From: a virus
Taxonomy: Duplodnaviria; Caudoviricetes
IMG/VR virus record: IMGVR_UViG_3300020045_006365
Location: 1 to 24,107 of that record
Reading direction: 5' to 3' (one strand)
Length of the DNA stretch: 24,107 nt
In this document: positions 1 through 7,187 of the stretch, piece after piece
How the letters are laid out: every line of letters starts with the position of its first letter
How positions within the stretch are numbered: the stretch's first letter is position 1
Notes under the pieces: model-generated
Database searches by the model: none
Told to the model about the DNA's origin: nothing
What the model saw: only the letters and a program-made list of their open reading frames with translations
Position numbers and translations under genes: made by a program

Positions 1-2
1 CG

Positions 3-176
3 GATCACTCCGATATGTGCTGCGTGCTCGCCGGACACGCAAGCTGCATGGGCATCGGGGACATCTCTGTCCTGCCGAGCATCGGGCGCTCCGGCGGCAC
101 GGCCACCCCTGAGCAGTGGGAGACGTGGATCGAGAGCCCCGAGGCCGCGAAGATGGGGTTCTGCTTCAAGACATGA
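3..176 (+). CDS. Hypothetical protein, 3' part (truncated by window start)
   Basis: Open frame from the window edge (DHSDMCCVLAGH...KMGFCFKT) ending at TGA 174-176, with an ATGA overlap into the next ORF. Confidence 0.6.
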   Translation, partial: DHSDMCCVLAGHASCMGIGDISVLPSIGRSGGTATPEQWETWIESPEAAKMGFCFKT

Positions 177-274
177 AACCGAACCTGCCTGAAAAACCCC
201 TGACCGATTCCGTGTGGATCGGCGTGCCGATGAACAGCATCAGGCTCGCCACAATCGAGGCTAACCGCAAATGA
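173..274 (+). CDS. Small hypothetical protein (33 aa, MKPNLPEKPLTDSVWIGVPMNSIRLATIEANRK)
   Basis: Not in the ORF track. ATGA overlaps at both ends (173-176 and 271-274), matching the coupling seen across this arm. Confidence 0.5.
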   Translation: MKPNLPEKPLTDSVWIGVPMNSIRLATIEANRK

Positions 275-468
275 TCAAAATCTTCATCCAAGCCGTGCAG
301 AACTGGTGGATCGGCAAGCGCCTCAACGCTGCCGTCGGGAACCATCCCACCCTCGCTAAGCCAGCCGAACCGCTGGACCCGGCCGGTGGACAACGCTTGG
401 GTGGACCTCACCCAAGAGCAGTGCATCCACGTCCAGAACACCGGGACCTGCCCCTACTGCGGGGCTAA
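271..468 (+). CDS. Hypothetical protein; probably the 5' part of a frameshifted gene continuing in 386..640
   Basis: Start is coupled to the upstream stop. The tail after about residue 38 is Arg/Pro/His-rich and looks like off-frame sequence. Confidence 0.4.
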   Translation: MIKIFIQAVQNWWIGKRLNAAVGNHPTLAKPAEPLDPAGGQRLGGPHPRAVHPRPEHRDLPLLRG

Positions 469-640
469 CCTGTTCGGCGGGCCAAGCGGGGGTGCCAGCC
501 AAAACCTATTCTGCGGCAACCTCGAATGCGACACCCGGCTCAACGTGAGCGAGATGATCCCATGGGGCCAGTTCACGGGCGGAATCCCAGCAGACTTCCG
601 CGCCTTCCTTGAGGCCCAGAAAGAAAGCAGCTTGACATGA
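386..640 (+). CDS. Zn-ribbon-like hypothetical protein
   Basis: CPYCG and FCGNLEC cysteine pairs; ATGA overlap with 637; no clear RBS before GTG 386. Confidence 0.65.
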   Translation: MDNAWVDLTQEQCIHVQNTGTCPYCGANLFGGPSGGASQNLFCGNLECDTRLNVSEMIPWGQFTGGIPADFRAFLEAQKESSLT

Positions 641-1299
641 CTGACCGCTACGACGCCCGCATCGCCCATCGGGCCGCCCGGCTAACCGGAGAAAATTCCA
701 TGACCATGTTCAACAGCGCCACCGTCGTTTCCGTCGGCACGGAAGACCAGATGCAGGTCGTCACCGTCCTGCTCGACGATGGCACCGAAAAAGCCTTTGC
801 AGCGCTATACAGCCCTGTGATCGTCCACACAGACCCTCGCAAGCGCCTGCCCCTCTGGACCCTCCAGCCCGGCACCGTGGTCAATGTGGACGCGCCTACC
901 CATGCGGCCGCAGGCTGGGGATTCCAGATCGTCGAGTTCTCGCCGGTCCTTGAGATCGAGTTCGTCTACACGAACTACGAGGGCGAGACCCGCCTGCGCA
1001 AGGCGATCCCGCTGGGCCTCCGGTTCGAGCAGACCGAGTGGCATGGACTCCAGATGATCATGGTCGGCTGGGACACCGAGAAGCAGGCCGAGCGCAGCTA
1101 CGCGCTAGGCGACTGCGTGTTCAAGACCGGGCGGTTGCTAGCACTCGAATCCTTCGTAGCCGAGATCAGCGATCCGATCCGCACGGTCGCCAGCGCCGCC
1201 GGGATCAACGACGAGATGGGCCGCGTGGTCGTCGGGCAGACCGATGCGGCTCGCGCCCTCAAGGCCGCCCAGATGAAGCTGGAGGCCACTAATGGCTGA
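637..1299 (+). CDS. WYL-like domain protein (alternative start at 700)
   Basis: IEFVYTNYEGETRLRKAIP...MIMVGWDTEKQAERSYALGD fits the WYL pattern (F-x-Y...R-x-I-x-P...A/G-x-D...R-x-F/Y-x-L). GGAG precedes ATG 700. Confidence 0.7.
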   Translation: MTDRYDARIAHRAARLTGENSMTMFNSATVVSVGTEDQMQVVTVLLDDGTEKAFAALYSPVIVHTDPRKRLPLWTLQPGTVVNVDAPTHAAAGWGFQIVEFSPVLEIEFVYTNYEGETRLRKAIPLGLRFEQTEWHGLQMIMVGWDTEKQAERSYALGDCVFKTGRLLALESFVAEISDPIRTVASAAGINDEMGRVVVGQTDAARALKAAQMKLEATNG

Positions 1300-1771
1300 G
1301 ATCGCCAATGACATCCTCGCGGCCATGCTCGACGCGGCCGAGACGATCACGGCGCAGGGCACCGGCGACAACCCGTCCGGCTACGGCCCGCCCTACAAGA
1401 GCCTGTGGTTCATCATCGACACGCGCCATGCCGAGCCGGAAGTGAACTACCCCGGCGAACTGGTCGAAGAGATCAAGGACGCCAAGGACATCAGGGACGC
1501 CCTGCGCAGGGCTAAGATCGCCACCATGAAGGCTGTCCTGCGCAAGGCCCCAAAGACCGCCAGCGAAGCCCGGCTGGACGCCCTGCGTAAGCTCTGCGGC
1601 TACGTGGAAAACGGCACCAGCGATTCCGTTCACATATCGCAAGACGACGCCACGAAGGACTGGATCGTCAGTACCGGCGTCGTCGGCAAACCCAACCGCC
1701 CATGGTGGCACGGCTCGTCGTTCGGCGAGGCCATCGACAACGCAGCAAAGGACCTTCCCAATGACGACTGA
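1292..1771 (+). CDS. Hypothetical phage protein
   Basis: Strong GGAGG RBS, phage-like GC3 codon usage, overlaps both neighbours. Confidence 0.8.
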   Translation: MAEIANDILAAMLDAAETITAQGTGDNPSGYGPPYKSLWFIIDTRHAEPEVNYPGELVEEIKDAKDIRDALRRAKIATMKAVLRKAPKTASEARLDALRKLCGYVENGTSDSVHISQDDATKDWIVSTGVVGKPNRPWWHGSSFGEAIDNAAKDLPNDD

Positions 1772-1994
1772 CCGTCAAGCCCAGATCAACAAGATCATCG
1801 CCGACCACATCGACCCGCAGCCCGAGCCCTACACCGACGACACGCTGCTTTCGGACCTCGACGATTTCGACAGCCTCGACAAGGTGGAAGTCGGGATCGC
1901 CCTTGAAGACGAGTTCGGCCTTGACCTGCTCGACGACAAGATCGAAGCCTGCCAGACCGTCGGCGATCTGAAGAAGCTGATCCCGCTTGACTGA
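1761..1994 (+). CDS. acpP: Acyl carrier protein
   Basis: 77 aa, highly acidic, FDSLDKVEVGIALEDEFG phosphopantetheine-attachment motif and C-terminal TVGDL. Confidence 0.9.
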   Translation: MTTDRQAQINKIIADHIDPQPEPYTDDTLLSDLDDFDSLDKVEVGIALEDEFGLDLLDDKIEACQTVGDLKKLIPLD

Positions 1995-2015
1995 CAACTC
2001 GTAGTTGTCTATCAA
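1987..2015 (+). promoter_or_regulatory. Sigma70-type promoter with palindromic operator in the spacer (copy 1)
   Basis: TTGACT (1987-1992), 17-nt spacer GACAAC-TCGTA-GTTGTC, then TATCAA (2010-2015); same architecture at 6730. Confidence 0.75.
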
Positions 2016-2047
2016 GGGCTCAGGACAAACCGGGAAGGACCCGACTC

Positions 2048-2323
2048 ATGACCACCGAACTGCCTGAAGTAGACGCCTTCCGAACTCTTATTGCGGCATA
2101 CCGGGGCGGCATTCACAAGGCTGACGCGGACATCGCGTCAGTCGATACCCAGATGGCCGCGCTCCGGCTCCAGCTTGCCGGTCTCGAAGCCGAGAAGGCC
2201 GATCTCCTAACCACGCGGGCCAAGAAGATGGCGCTGCTGACCGGCGTCAAGAACATGGTCCGCACGGTCGATGACCACTCGACCAGCGCGGCCCGTGCAG
2301 CCGAGGATCAGGGAGACATCTGA
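2048..2323 (+). CDS. Hypothetical coiled-coil protein
   Basis: AAGGA RBS; heptad-like IASVDTQMAALRLQLAGLEAEKADLL; first gene after promoter copy 1. Confidence 0.8.
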   Translation: MTTELPEVDAFRTLIAAYRGGIHKADADIASVDTQMAALRLQLAGLEAEKADLLTTRAKKMALLTGVKNMVRTVDDHSTSAARAAEDQGDI

Positions 2324-2544
2324 TGTCCCGCCCCGTGTGCCCGCAGTGCGGCAGTCTGAACGTCGTTCCCAGCCTCGCTAGGAACTCCCACGACAACTGC
2401 GTAAGCTGCGGGCACACAGATTTCGTGGTCAGGTTTCACGAGCCCGAGGCCACGGTTCGCCCTAGGGTAGAGCCCGTAGCCGTCACCAAGGGCGAAGCTG
2501 AAGAGACGCCCCGCAGGCCCCGGTACTGGTGGCAGGAGGATTGA
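2323..2544 (+). CDS. Small Zn-ribbon protein
   Basis: CPQCG...CVSCG; TGATG coupling; GGAG RBS. Confidence 0.75.
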   Translation: MSRPVCPQCGSLNVVPSLARNSHDNCVSCGHTDFVVRFHEPEATVRPRVEPVAVTKGEAEETPRRPRYWWQED

Positions 2545-2545
2545 G

Positions 2546-2779
2546 ATGGCCGACATCCCACACGTAGTCCTGACCTTTCAGGGGCTCCCGCTGGAGTCGG
2601 TCGGCCTAGACGACGTGATCATGGTTGACGAGCGGGGCAATTGGGGCCGCCTGACCGGGATCATCATGCGCCCCGGCTTCACCATCGTCGATTCCGTCCT
2701 GCATCAGGCAGGGCCGGGCGCGACCGTGCTCTACGACGTGAGCAAGACCCTGTATCAACTCGAACTGAGGCTTCACTGA
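2546..2779 (+). CDS. Hypothetical protein
   Basis: AGGAGG RBS; fills the gap between coupled neighbours. Confidence 0.75.
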   Translation: MADIPHVVLTFQGLPLESVGLDDVIMVDERGNWGRLTGIIMRPGFTIVDSVLHQAGPGATVLYDVSKTLYQLELRLH

Positions 2780-3006
2780 TGGAGATAAACCGCTTCATCC
2801 CGGCGGTCTCGGTAGCTGACGGTCATGTGATCATGCTGCGGGCTACCAAGGACGGCCCCGAAATGCTCTACAGCGGCCCGCTGGCCGGTGTGAAGGAAAC
2901 CATATTCGCTCAGGCAGAAGTGTCGCTGGTCAACCCCGACACCCTGCGCTGGATCAAAGACAAGGCGGACGAAGCGATCCGCCGCAACCCGAGGCTCGCA
3001 TTCTGA
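2779..3006 (+). CDS. Hypothetical protein (MEINRFIPAV...)
   Basis: Start reassigned from 2641 to the ATG in the TGATG overlap at 2779; GAGG upstream. Confidence 0.7.
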   Translation: MEINRFIPAVSVADGHVIMLRATKDGPEMLYSGPLAGVKETIFAQAEVSLVNPDTLRWIKDKADEAIRRNPRLAF

Positions 3007-3314
3007 TGACCCTTATTCTTCCCGACCTGAGCCAATGGCTCCAGCAGGACCCCGACCTCACCCGGCCCGACGGCCGCCCCGAGGTCTACGACATCCCGCC
3101 CGGCACTGATGTCCAGTGTGAGATTTGCCTGTCGCGTGGCATCCCGGCCAAGTTCAAGGAAGGCGAGATCGTCATGACCTCTCCGGCCGCGAGCAGCGAC
3201 GGCAACCCCCACTTCGTCTCGGTGCAATTCCTGCCCGAGAACGTGGTGATCTACAACCCGAAGACCAACAAGTGCCGCAACAAGAGCGGCGATCACGAAT
3301 GGGAGGAAATCTGA
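3006..3314 (+). CDS. Hypothetical protein with CxxC
   Basis: TGATG overlaps at both ends; CEIC plus later His/Cys residues. Confidence 0.75.
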   Translation: MTLILPDLSQWLQQDPDLTRPDGRPEVYDIPPGTDVQCEICLSRGIPAKFKEGEIVMTSPAASSDGNPHFVSVQFLPENVVIYNPKTNKCRNKSGDHEWEEI

Positions 3315-3865
3315 TGGGCCGGAAACTTGGGCTGGGGATCATGGCGGCGAGCCTCGTTGCAGCGGGTGCTGCTCGGGCGGCCACCACGGAAGCTGTGCTG
3401 GAGGAACACCGCAAGCGCACGGTGCTCAAGATCGACAAGGATACGGACGACCAGATGCTCGCAGCCCTGCGCGGTGTTGAAGTACATCTCTCAGGCGATG
3501 TTTTCGACAGCATCAAGGTCTTCGACGAGAGCCCCGGACCCGTCTTGACAGTTGGCTACGGGATCAACCCGCAGACAGCCGTGTACGCGGCAGGAGCGGC
3601 CGCGACGTTCGACCCCAACGAGCCCCTTCCCGACCGCCTGTCAGTCAACCCGGATAGCCCGTTCTACGACAAGGACCTGCTCGCCCGAGCCCGCTTCGGC
3701 GTTCGGTTCGACGGCAAGGATCGGCCCGGCGATGTCGAGGAATACTGCGTCTCCGAAGGCTGGATCAGGGTGCAGACCTACCTCGCCAATGGGAAGGTCC
3801 GGCGTGAGCGCGGCAAGATCATCTGCCTCAAGAAATGGGGTAAAGTGGAGCCTTATCGGAAATGA
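3314..3865 (+). CDS. DUF3297-family domain protein with N-terminal extension
   Basis: C-terminal PDRLSVNPDSPFYD...GVRFDG...VEEYCVSEGWIRV...GKVEPY matches DUF3297. Start reassigned to 3314 (GGAGG RBS, TGATG overlap). Confidence 0.75.
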   Translation: MGRKLGLGIMAASLVAAGAARAATTEAVLEEHRKRTVLKIDKDTDDQMLAALRGVEVHLSGDVFDSIKVFDESPGPVLTVGYGINPQTAVYAAGAAATFDPNEPLPDRLSVNPDSPFYDKDLLARARFGVRFDGKDRPGDVEEYCVSEGWIRVQTYLANGKVRRERGKIICLKKWGKVEPYRK

Positions 3866-4149
3866 AAAAAGTCGGTGAAATCATACACGGGCCGAACGGT
3901 CAGCACCTAACGATCCGGTGGACGGAAAAGCCCCCATCACCCGGAACCAGCTTGTTCGTCCCCGGCCACGGCCCAGACCGCCATGCGCCCTTGAAGAACA
4001 TGCTGACGGTCGTCATTGGCCTTGTGGCGCTGGCTGGAGCCGTGACGCCGAATGGCTGGCTGGCTTGGGTCGCCGTTATCGCCCTCGTCGTGCTGCCCCC
4101 CTCGTGGGACCCGGCGATCCGGTTCAAGGAATGGGTGAGCCGCAGATGA
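3862..4149 (+). CDS. Small membrane protein
   Basis: Two hydrophobic segments (MLTVVIGLVALAGAV; WLAWVAVIALVVL); ATGA coupling. Confidence 0.75.
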   Translation: MKKVGEIIHGPNGQHLTIRWTEKPPSPGTSLFVPGHGPDRHAPLKNMLTVVIGLVALAGAVTPNGWLAWVAVIALVVLPPSWDPAIRFKEWVSRR

Positions 4150-4655
4150 CCGAGGTCATGGGTTGGACCGATAACCGGATAGCCGTGCTCAAGAAACTAT
4201 GGATCGAAGGTCTGTCGGCCAGCGAGATCGCACGGGAACTCGGCGGCGGCGCAACCCGGAACTCTGTTATCGGCAAGGTCCACCGACTAAAACTAGCGAC
4301 CCGGCCGTCGGTTGTTCAGCGTCGGGACCCTAAGCCCCCAAAGCCAAGGAAGGAACGGAAGATCGTGGTGAAGAAAGAAGCGCCAATCCGCAACGATTCC
4401 TACCCGATCCCCGGCTTGGTAGCTGCGCCGCCGACCTCGGCCGATGCGTGGCTCCCGTTGCCCGGTAGCACGCCGGTCAAAGTCGAGCACCACCGAAACG
4501 GTTGCAAGTGGCCCATTGGCGACCCTGCCTGTTTCTGCAACAACAGCCTGAAGCTGCTGAAGCTCGCAACCGAGACGACCAAGGCCGTCCACCACCATGC
4601 CTACTGCGAAGCCCATGTGGCGGTCGCAGCGCCCAAGCTCAAGAAGGCTTCCTGA
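4146..4655 (+). CDS. gcrA: GcrA cell-cycle regulator homologue
   Basis: N-terminal WTDNRIAVLKKLWIEGLSASEIARELGGGATRNSVIGKVHRL HTH and C-terminal CKWPIGDP..FC...YCEAH motif. Start at 4146 (ATGA) or 4158. Confidence 0.93.
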   Translation: MTEVMGWTDNRIAVLKKLWIEGLSASEIARELGGGATRNSVIGKVHRLKLATRPSVVQRRDPKPPKPRKERKIVVKKEAPIRNDSYPIPGLVAAPPTSADAWLPLPGSTPVKVEHHRNGCKWPIGDPACFCNNSLKLLKLATETTKAVHHHAYCEAHVAVAAPKLKKAS

Positions 4656-4656
4656 T

Positions 4657-5130
4657 ATGAACCTGACCAAACGCCCCGACGGCCTGCCGAAGATCAACTT
4701 CCACTGCGCGGTCTGCGACGGCCCGATAGACGGGTACACGGTATCCGACATAGCCAACCCGCCGCACAAGATGACCTTCAACGCCTTCTGCCACGGCACT
4801 GGCATCAAGATCGGCGTCGAGAACCCGGAGGGCTTCTGGGAGACCATGGCCGCGCATCGTGGCGATGGAGCCGAGGGCTTCGTGCTCTTCCGACCAGACG
4901 TGCCGTTGCCAGCACCAGAGCCCACCCGCCGAGACGGTCGGCCGCTCGATCCGCCGAAGGTGGCCGATACCGAACTAGCCCAGCCACCGGCTCCTGTAAT
5001 GACCGTATCGCAGGCTCGGGACGCAGGGTTCACCGGCAACTCGTGCAACGACTGCGGTAGTCTCCAGATGGTCCGCAACGGGACCTGCGAGAAGTGTAAT
5101 TCGTGCGGCGCAACAACCGGATGCTCATAG
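4657..5130 (+). CDS. Hypothetical protein ending in an NrdJ-like C-terminal Zn ribbon
   Basis: C-terminus ARDAGFTGNSCNDCGSLQMVRNGTCEKCNSCGATTGCS resembles the tail of alphaproteobacterial class II ribonucleotide reductases. Start reassigned to ATG 4657. Confidence 0.75.
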   Translation: MNLTKRPDGLPKINFHCAVCDGPIDGYTVSDIANPPHKMTFNAFCHGTGIKIGVENPEGFWETMAAHRGDGAEGFVLFRPDVPLPAPEPTRRDGRPLDPPKVADTELAQPPAPVMTVSQARDAGFTGNSCNDCGSLQMVRNGTCEKCNSCGATTGCS

Positions 5131-5139
5131 GAGACTGAC

Positions 5140-5676
5140 ATGCAAGAACGCGACCCCAAGACCGGCAAGCCGGTAGCCAGCAGCGCCGGGAAGTTCCTCG
5201 GCTGGAACACCATCTACGGCCGCGACGGAGAGCACGGCACGCCCTACATGACCCGCGTGTGGTTCTGGGGGCTCCGGCTCCACATCTTCCACCGACCGGA
5301 CCTCGACGAGGATTGCCACGATCATCCGTGGGACTTCACCACGTTCCCGATCTGGCCGATCCATGGCTATGTCGAGGAAATCGTTCTCCCGACAGCGGGC
5401 GCTGATAAGTTCCTGAAGTGGCGTCAACGGGTCCCCTCCTTCCGATTCAGCTTTCGTCCGGCTACGCATTGTCACCGCGTACTCGGTGCCTATGACAAGC
5501 GGAGATCGACATGGGAGGACCCGCGCGAAGACCCGAGCCGCAAGATCGTCACCCTCGTTTGGCGCGGCAAAGCAAACCGCGCATGGGGCTTCCTGAAGAA
5601 CCGGGAAGGCAAGTGGTGCTGGGTCGGCTGGCGGGACTACGTGTTCGCTGGCGGCAAGGACGGCCCCTGCCAATGA
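5140..5676 (+). CDS. Cupin-like conserved phage protein
   Basis: LRLHIFHRPD...CHDHPWDF and HCHRV...TLVW..K..R.WGF motifs; GGAG RBS. Confidence 0.7.
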   Translation: MQERDPKTGKPVASSAGKFLGWNTIYGRDGEHGTPYMTRVWFWGLRLHIFHRPDLDEDCHDHPWDFTTFPIWPIHGYVEEIVLPTAGADKFLKWRQRVPSFRFSFRPATHCHRVLGAYDKRRSTWEDPREDPSRKIVTLVWRGKANRAWGFLKNREGKWCWVGWRDYVFAGGKDGPCQ

Positions 5677-6173
5677 TCGACCCCATCACCGTATTCATGA
5701 AGGGCACCATGCCCGAACTCTCGGAGCCGCCTATGATCGCCGCCACAATGATGTTCGTCCGCTCAGCCATGGCGCAGTGCTTCGACAAGTCCGGCCAGCC
5801 CATCGCCGACCACTGCATCCGGGTCATGCACGCCATGGGCCAGAACGCCACGGACAACGAGAAGCTGGTCGCCCTGCTGCACGACCTGCTGGAAGACACC
5901 GAGCACACGGCCGAAGGGCTGCTGGCGATGGGATACCCGGCCGAGGTCGTGGACGCCGTGGTCGTCCTGACCAACAAGCCGGAGCGCGAGTATTTCACCT
6001 ATCTCCGGTCCATCGTGGCGTCGGGCAACAACCTCGCCCTGCGCGTCAAGATGGCCGACAATCTCGACAACGGCGACCCGCGCCGTATCGCAACCCTTGA
6101 CCACGCCCATCGGGAACGGTTCGCCGAGCGATACCGCAGGGCATGGCGCATCCTGACACAACAAGAGACCTGA
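5673..6173 (+). CDS. HD-domain hydrolase, SpoT/Mesh1-like (small alarmone hydrolase-like)
   Basis: DKSGQP..DH..RV, ALLHDLLEDT, VKMADNLDN motifs. Start reassigned to ATG 5673 (ATGA overlap). Confidence 0.85.
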   Translation: MIDPITVFMKGTMPELSEPPMIAATMMFVRSAMAQCFDKSGQPIADHCIRVMHAMGQNATDNEKLVALLHDLLEDTEHTAEGLLAMGYPAEVVDAVVVLTNKPEREYFTYLRSIVASGNNLALRVKMADNLDNGDPRRIATLDHAHRERFAERYRRAWRILTQQET

Positions 6174-6174
6174 C

Positions 6175-6729
6175 ATGGCATTCGACCTCCAAGCCGAAGT
6201 GAAGCGAATCTACGAGATCAACGAGAAGTGGTGGCGCGACATCCGCACCAACGAACCCATCGCCCGCGATGACGGCGAACTGTTCATGCTCATGGCGTCC
6301 GAGCTTGCCGAGGCCATGGAGGGCGAGCGCAAGAACCTCGACGACGACAAGCTGCCGCAGTTCAAGATGGTGGGCGTCGAAATTTGCGACTTCGCCATCC
6401 GCATCATCGACTATGCGCCGCGTCGAAATCTGGTGCTGACCGACCGTTATGAAGAGGCTGCTGAGCGGTTCCCTTGGGTGAACGTGACGCCTGACAGCAA
6501 CCGCGCGGGGCTGATCTGGCAGATGAACAAAAAGCTGGTCCGGGCTTCCGAGCAAATCGGCCGCGCGCAAGAAAACCAACTGTCCTTCCTGATTGCCGAC
6601 GCCCGGCACTACTGCCGTGTATTCGGATACCCGTTCGAGGAAATGTACGAGGCCAAGGTCCAGTTCAACATCACCCGTGCGGACCACCAGCACGAGAGCC
6701 GGATGAAAGCAGACGGCAAGAAGTATTGA
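6175..6729 (+). CDS. MazG-like all-alpha NTP pyrophosphohydrolase
   Basis: SELAEAMEG (ExxE), VEICDFAIRIID (ExxD) and EAKVQFNITR (KxxxNxxR) motifs. Confidence 0.8.
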   Translation: MAFDLQAEVKRIYEINEKWWRDIRTNEPIARDDGELFMLMASELAEAMEGERKNLDDDKLPQFKMVGVEICDFAIRIIDYAPRRNLVLTDRYEEAAERFPWVNVTPDSNRAGLIWQMNKKLVRASEQIGRAQENQLSFLIADARHYCRVFGYPFEEMYEAKVQFNITRADHQHESRMKADGKKY

Positions 6730-6758
6730 TTGACTGACAACAGAACGTTGTCTACTGT
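6730..6758 (+). promoter_or_regulatory. Sigma70-type promoter with palindromic operator in the spacer (copy 2)
   Basis: TTGACT (6730-6735), 17-nt spacer GACAAC-AGAAC-GTTGTC, then TACTGT (6753-6758). Confidence 0.75.
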
Positions 6759-6789
6759 CGCCTGACCAACACCGCGAAAGGATCGCCCT

Positions 6790-6951
6790 GTGAAACTTCT
6801 TCCCCGTATCAATTCGTCCCTGATGAATCAGGTCTCCCACGGCACGCTTAACCGCATCTTCGATCACGAGATGTCGGCGAAGGAACGCGAGGAAGCGGCC
6901 TTCTCGGTTAAGTGGGGGACCAGTGGCGGCAAGACCGACACGAGGCACTAG
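6790..6951 (+). CDS. Small hypothetical protein (53 aa, MKLLPRINSSLMNQVSHG...)
   Basis: Not in the ORF track. GTG start 7 nt after AAGGA, directly downstream of promoter copy 2; stop TAG 6949-6951. Confidence 0.65.
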   Translation: MKLLPRINSSLMNQVSHGTLNRIFDHEMSAKEREEAAFSVKWGTSGGKTDTRH

Positions 6952-6953
6952 CC

Positions 6954-7187
6954 GTGTACTCGAAAGACCCCAACCGTCAGGTCTTCCGCTTCGGCGCTGA
7001 CCAGATCGACGTGACGCTGGAAGAGTTCGAGCCGGGTAAGTCCCGGTTCGTCCACCGGCTCAACGGCCGAGAGTTCAATGCCGAGGCGCACCCGTTCCCC
7101 GTCGAGATCGACGACGGGATGTCAGCAGCCGATAAGGTGGTCGCCCTGAGTTCATGGGCTGACCGGATCAGGATGGACCATGAGTAA
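6954..7187 (+). CDS. Hypothetical protein (MYSKDPNRQ...)
   Basis: Same frame as track ORF 6912..7187. GTG 6954 with GAGG upstream avoids overlap with 6790..6951. Confidence 0.7.
   Translation: MYSKDPNRQVFRFGADQIDVTLEEFEPGKSRFVHRLNGREFNAEAHPFPVEIDDGMSAADKVVALSSWADRIRMDHE

Noticed and set aside
6785-6833. GAAA...CTGATGA resembling a hammerhead ribozyme core
   Set aside because: Stems I and III cannot be formed, and the stretch lies inside the 6790..6951 ORF
6905-6956. Possible -1 frameshift at TGGGGG joining 6790..6951 to the 6912 frame
   Set aside because: No canonical slippery heptamer; an independent GTG start with GAGG at 6954 explains the arrangement more simply
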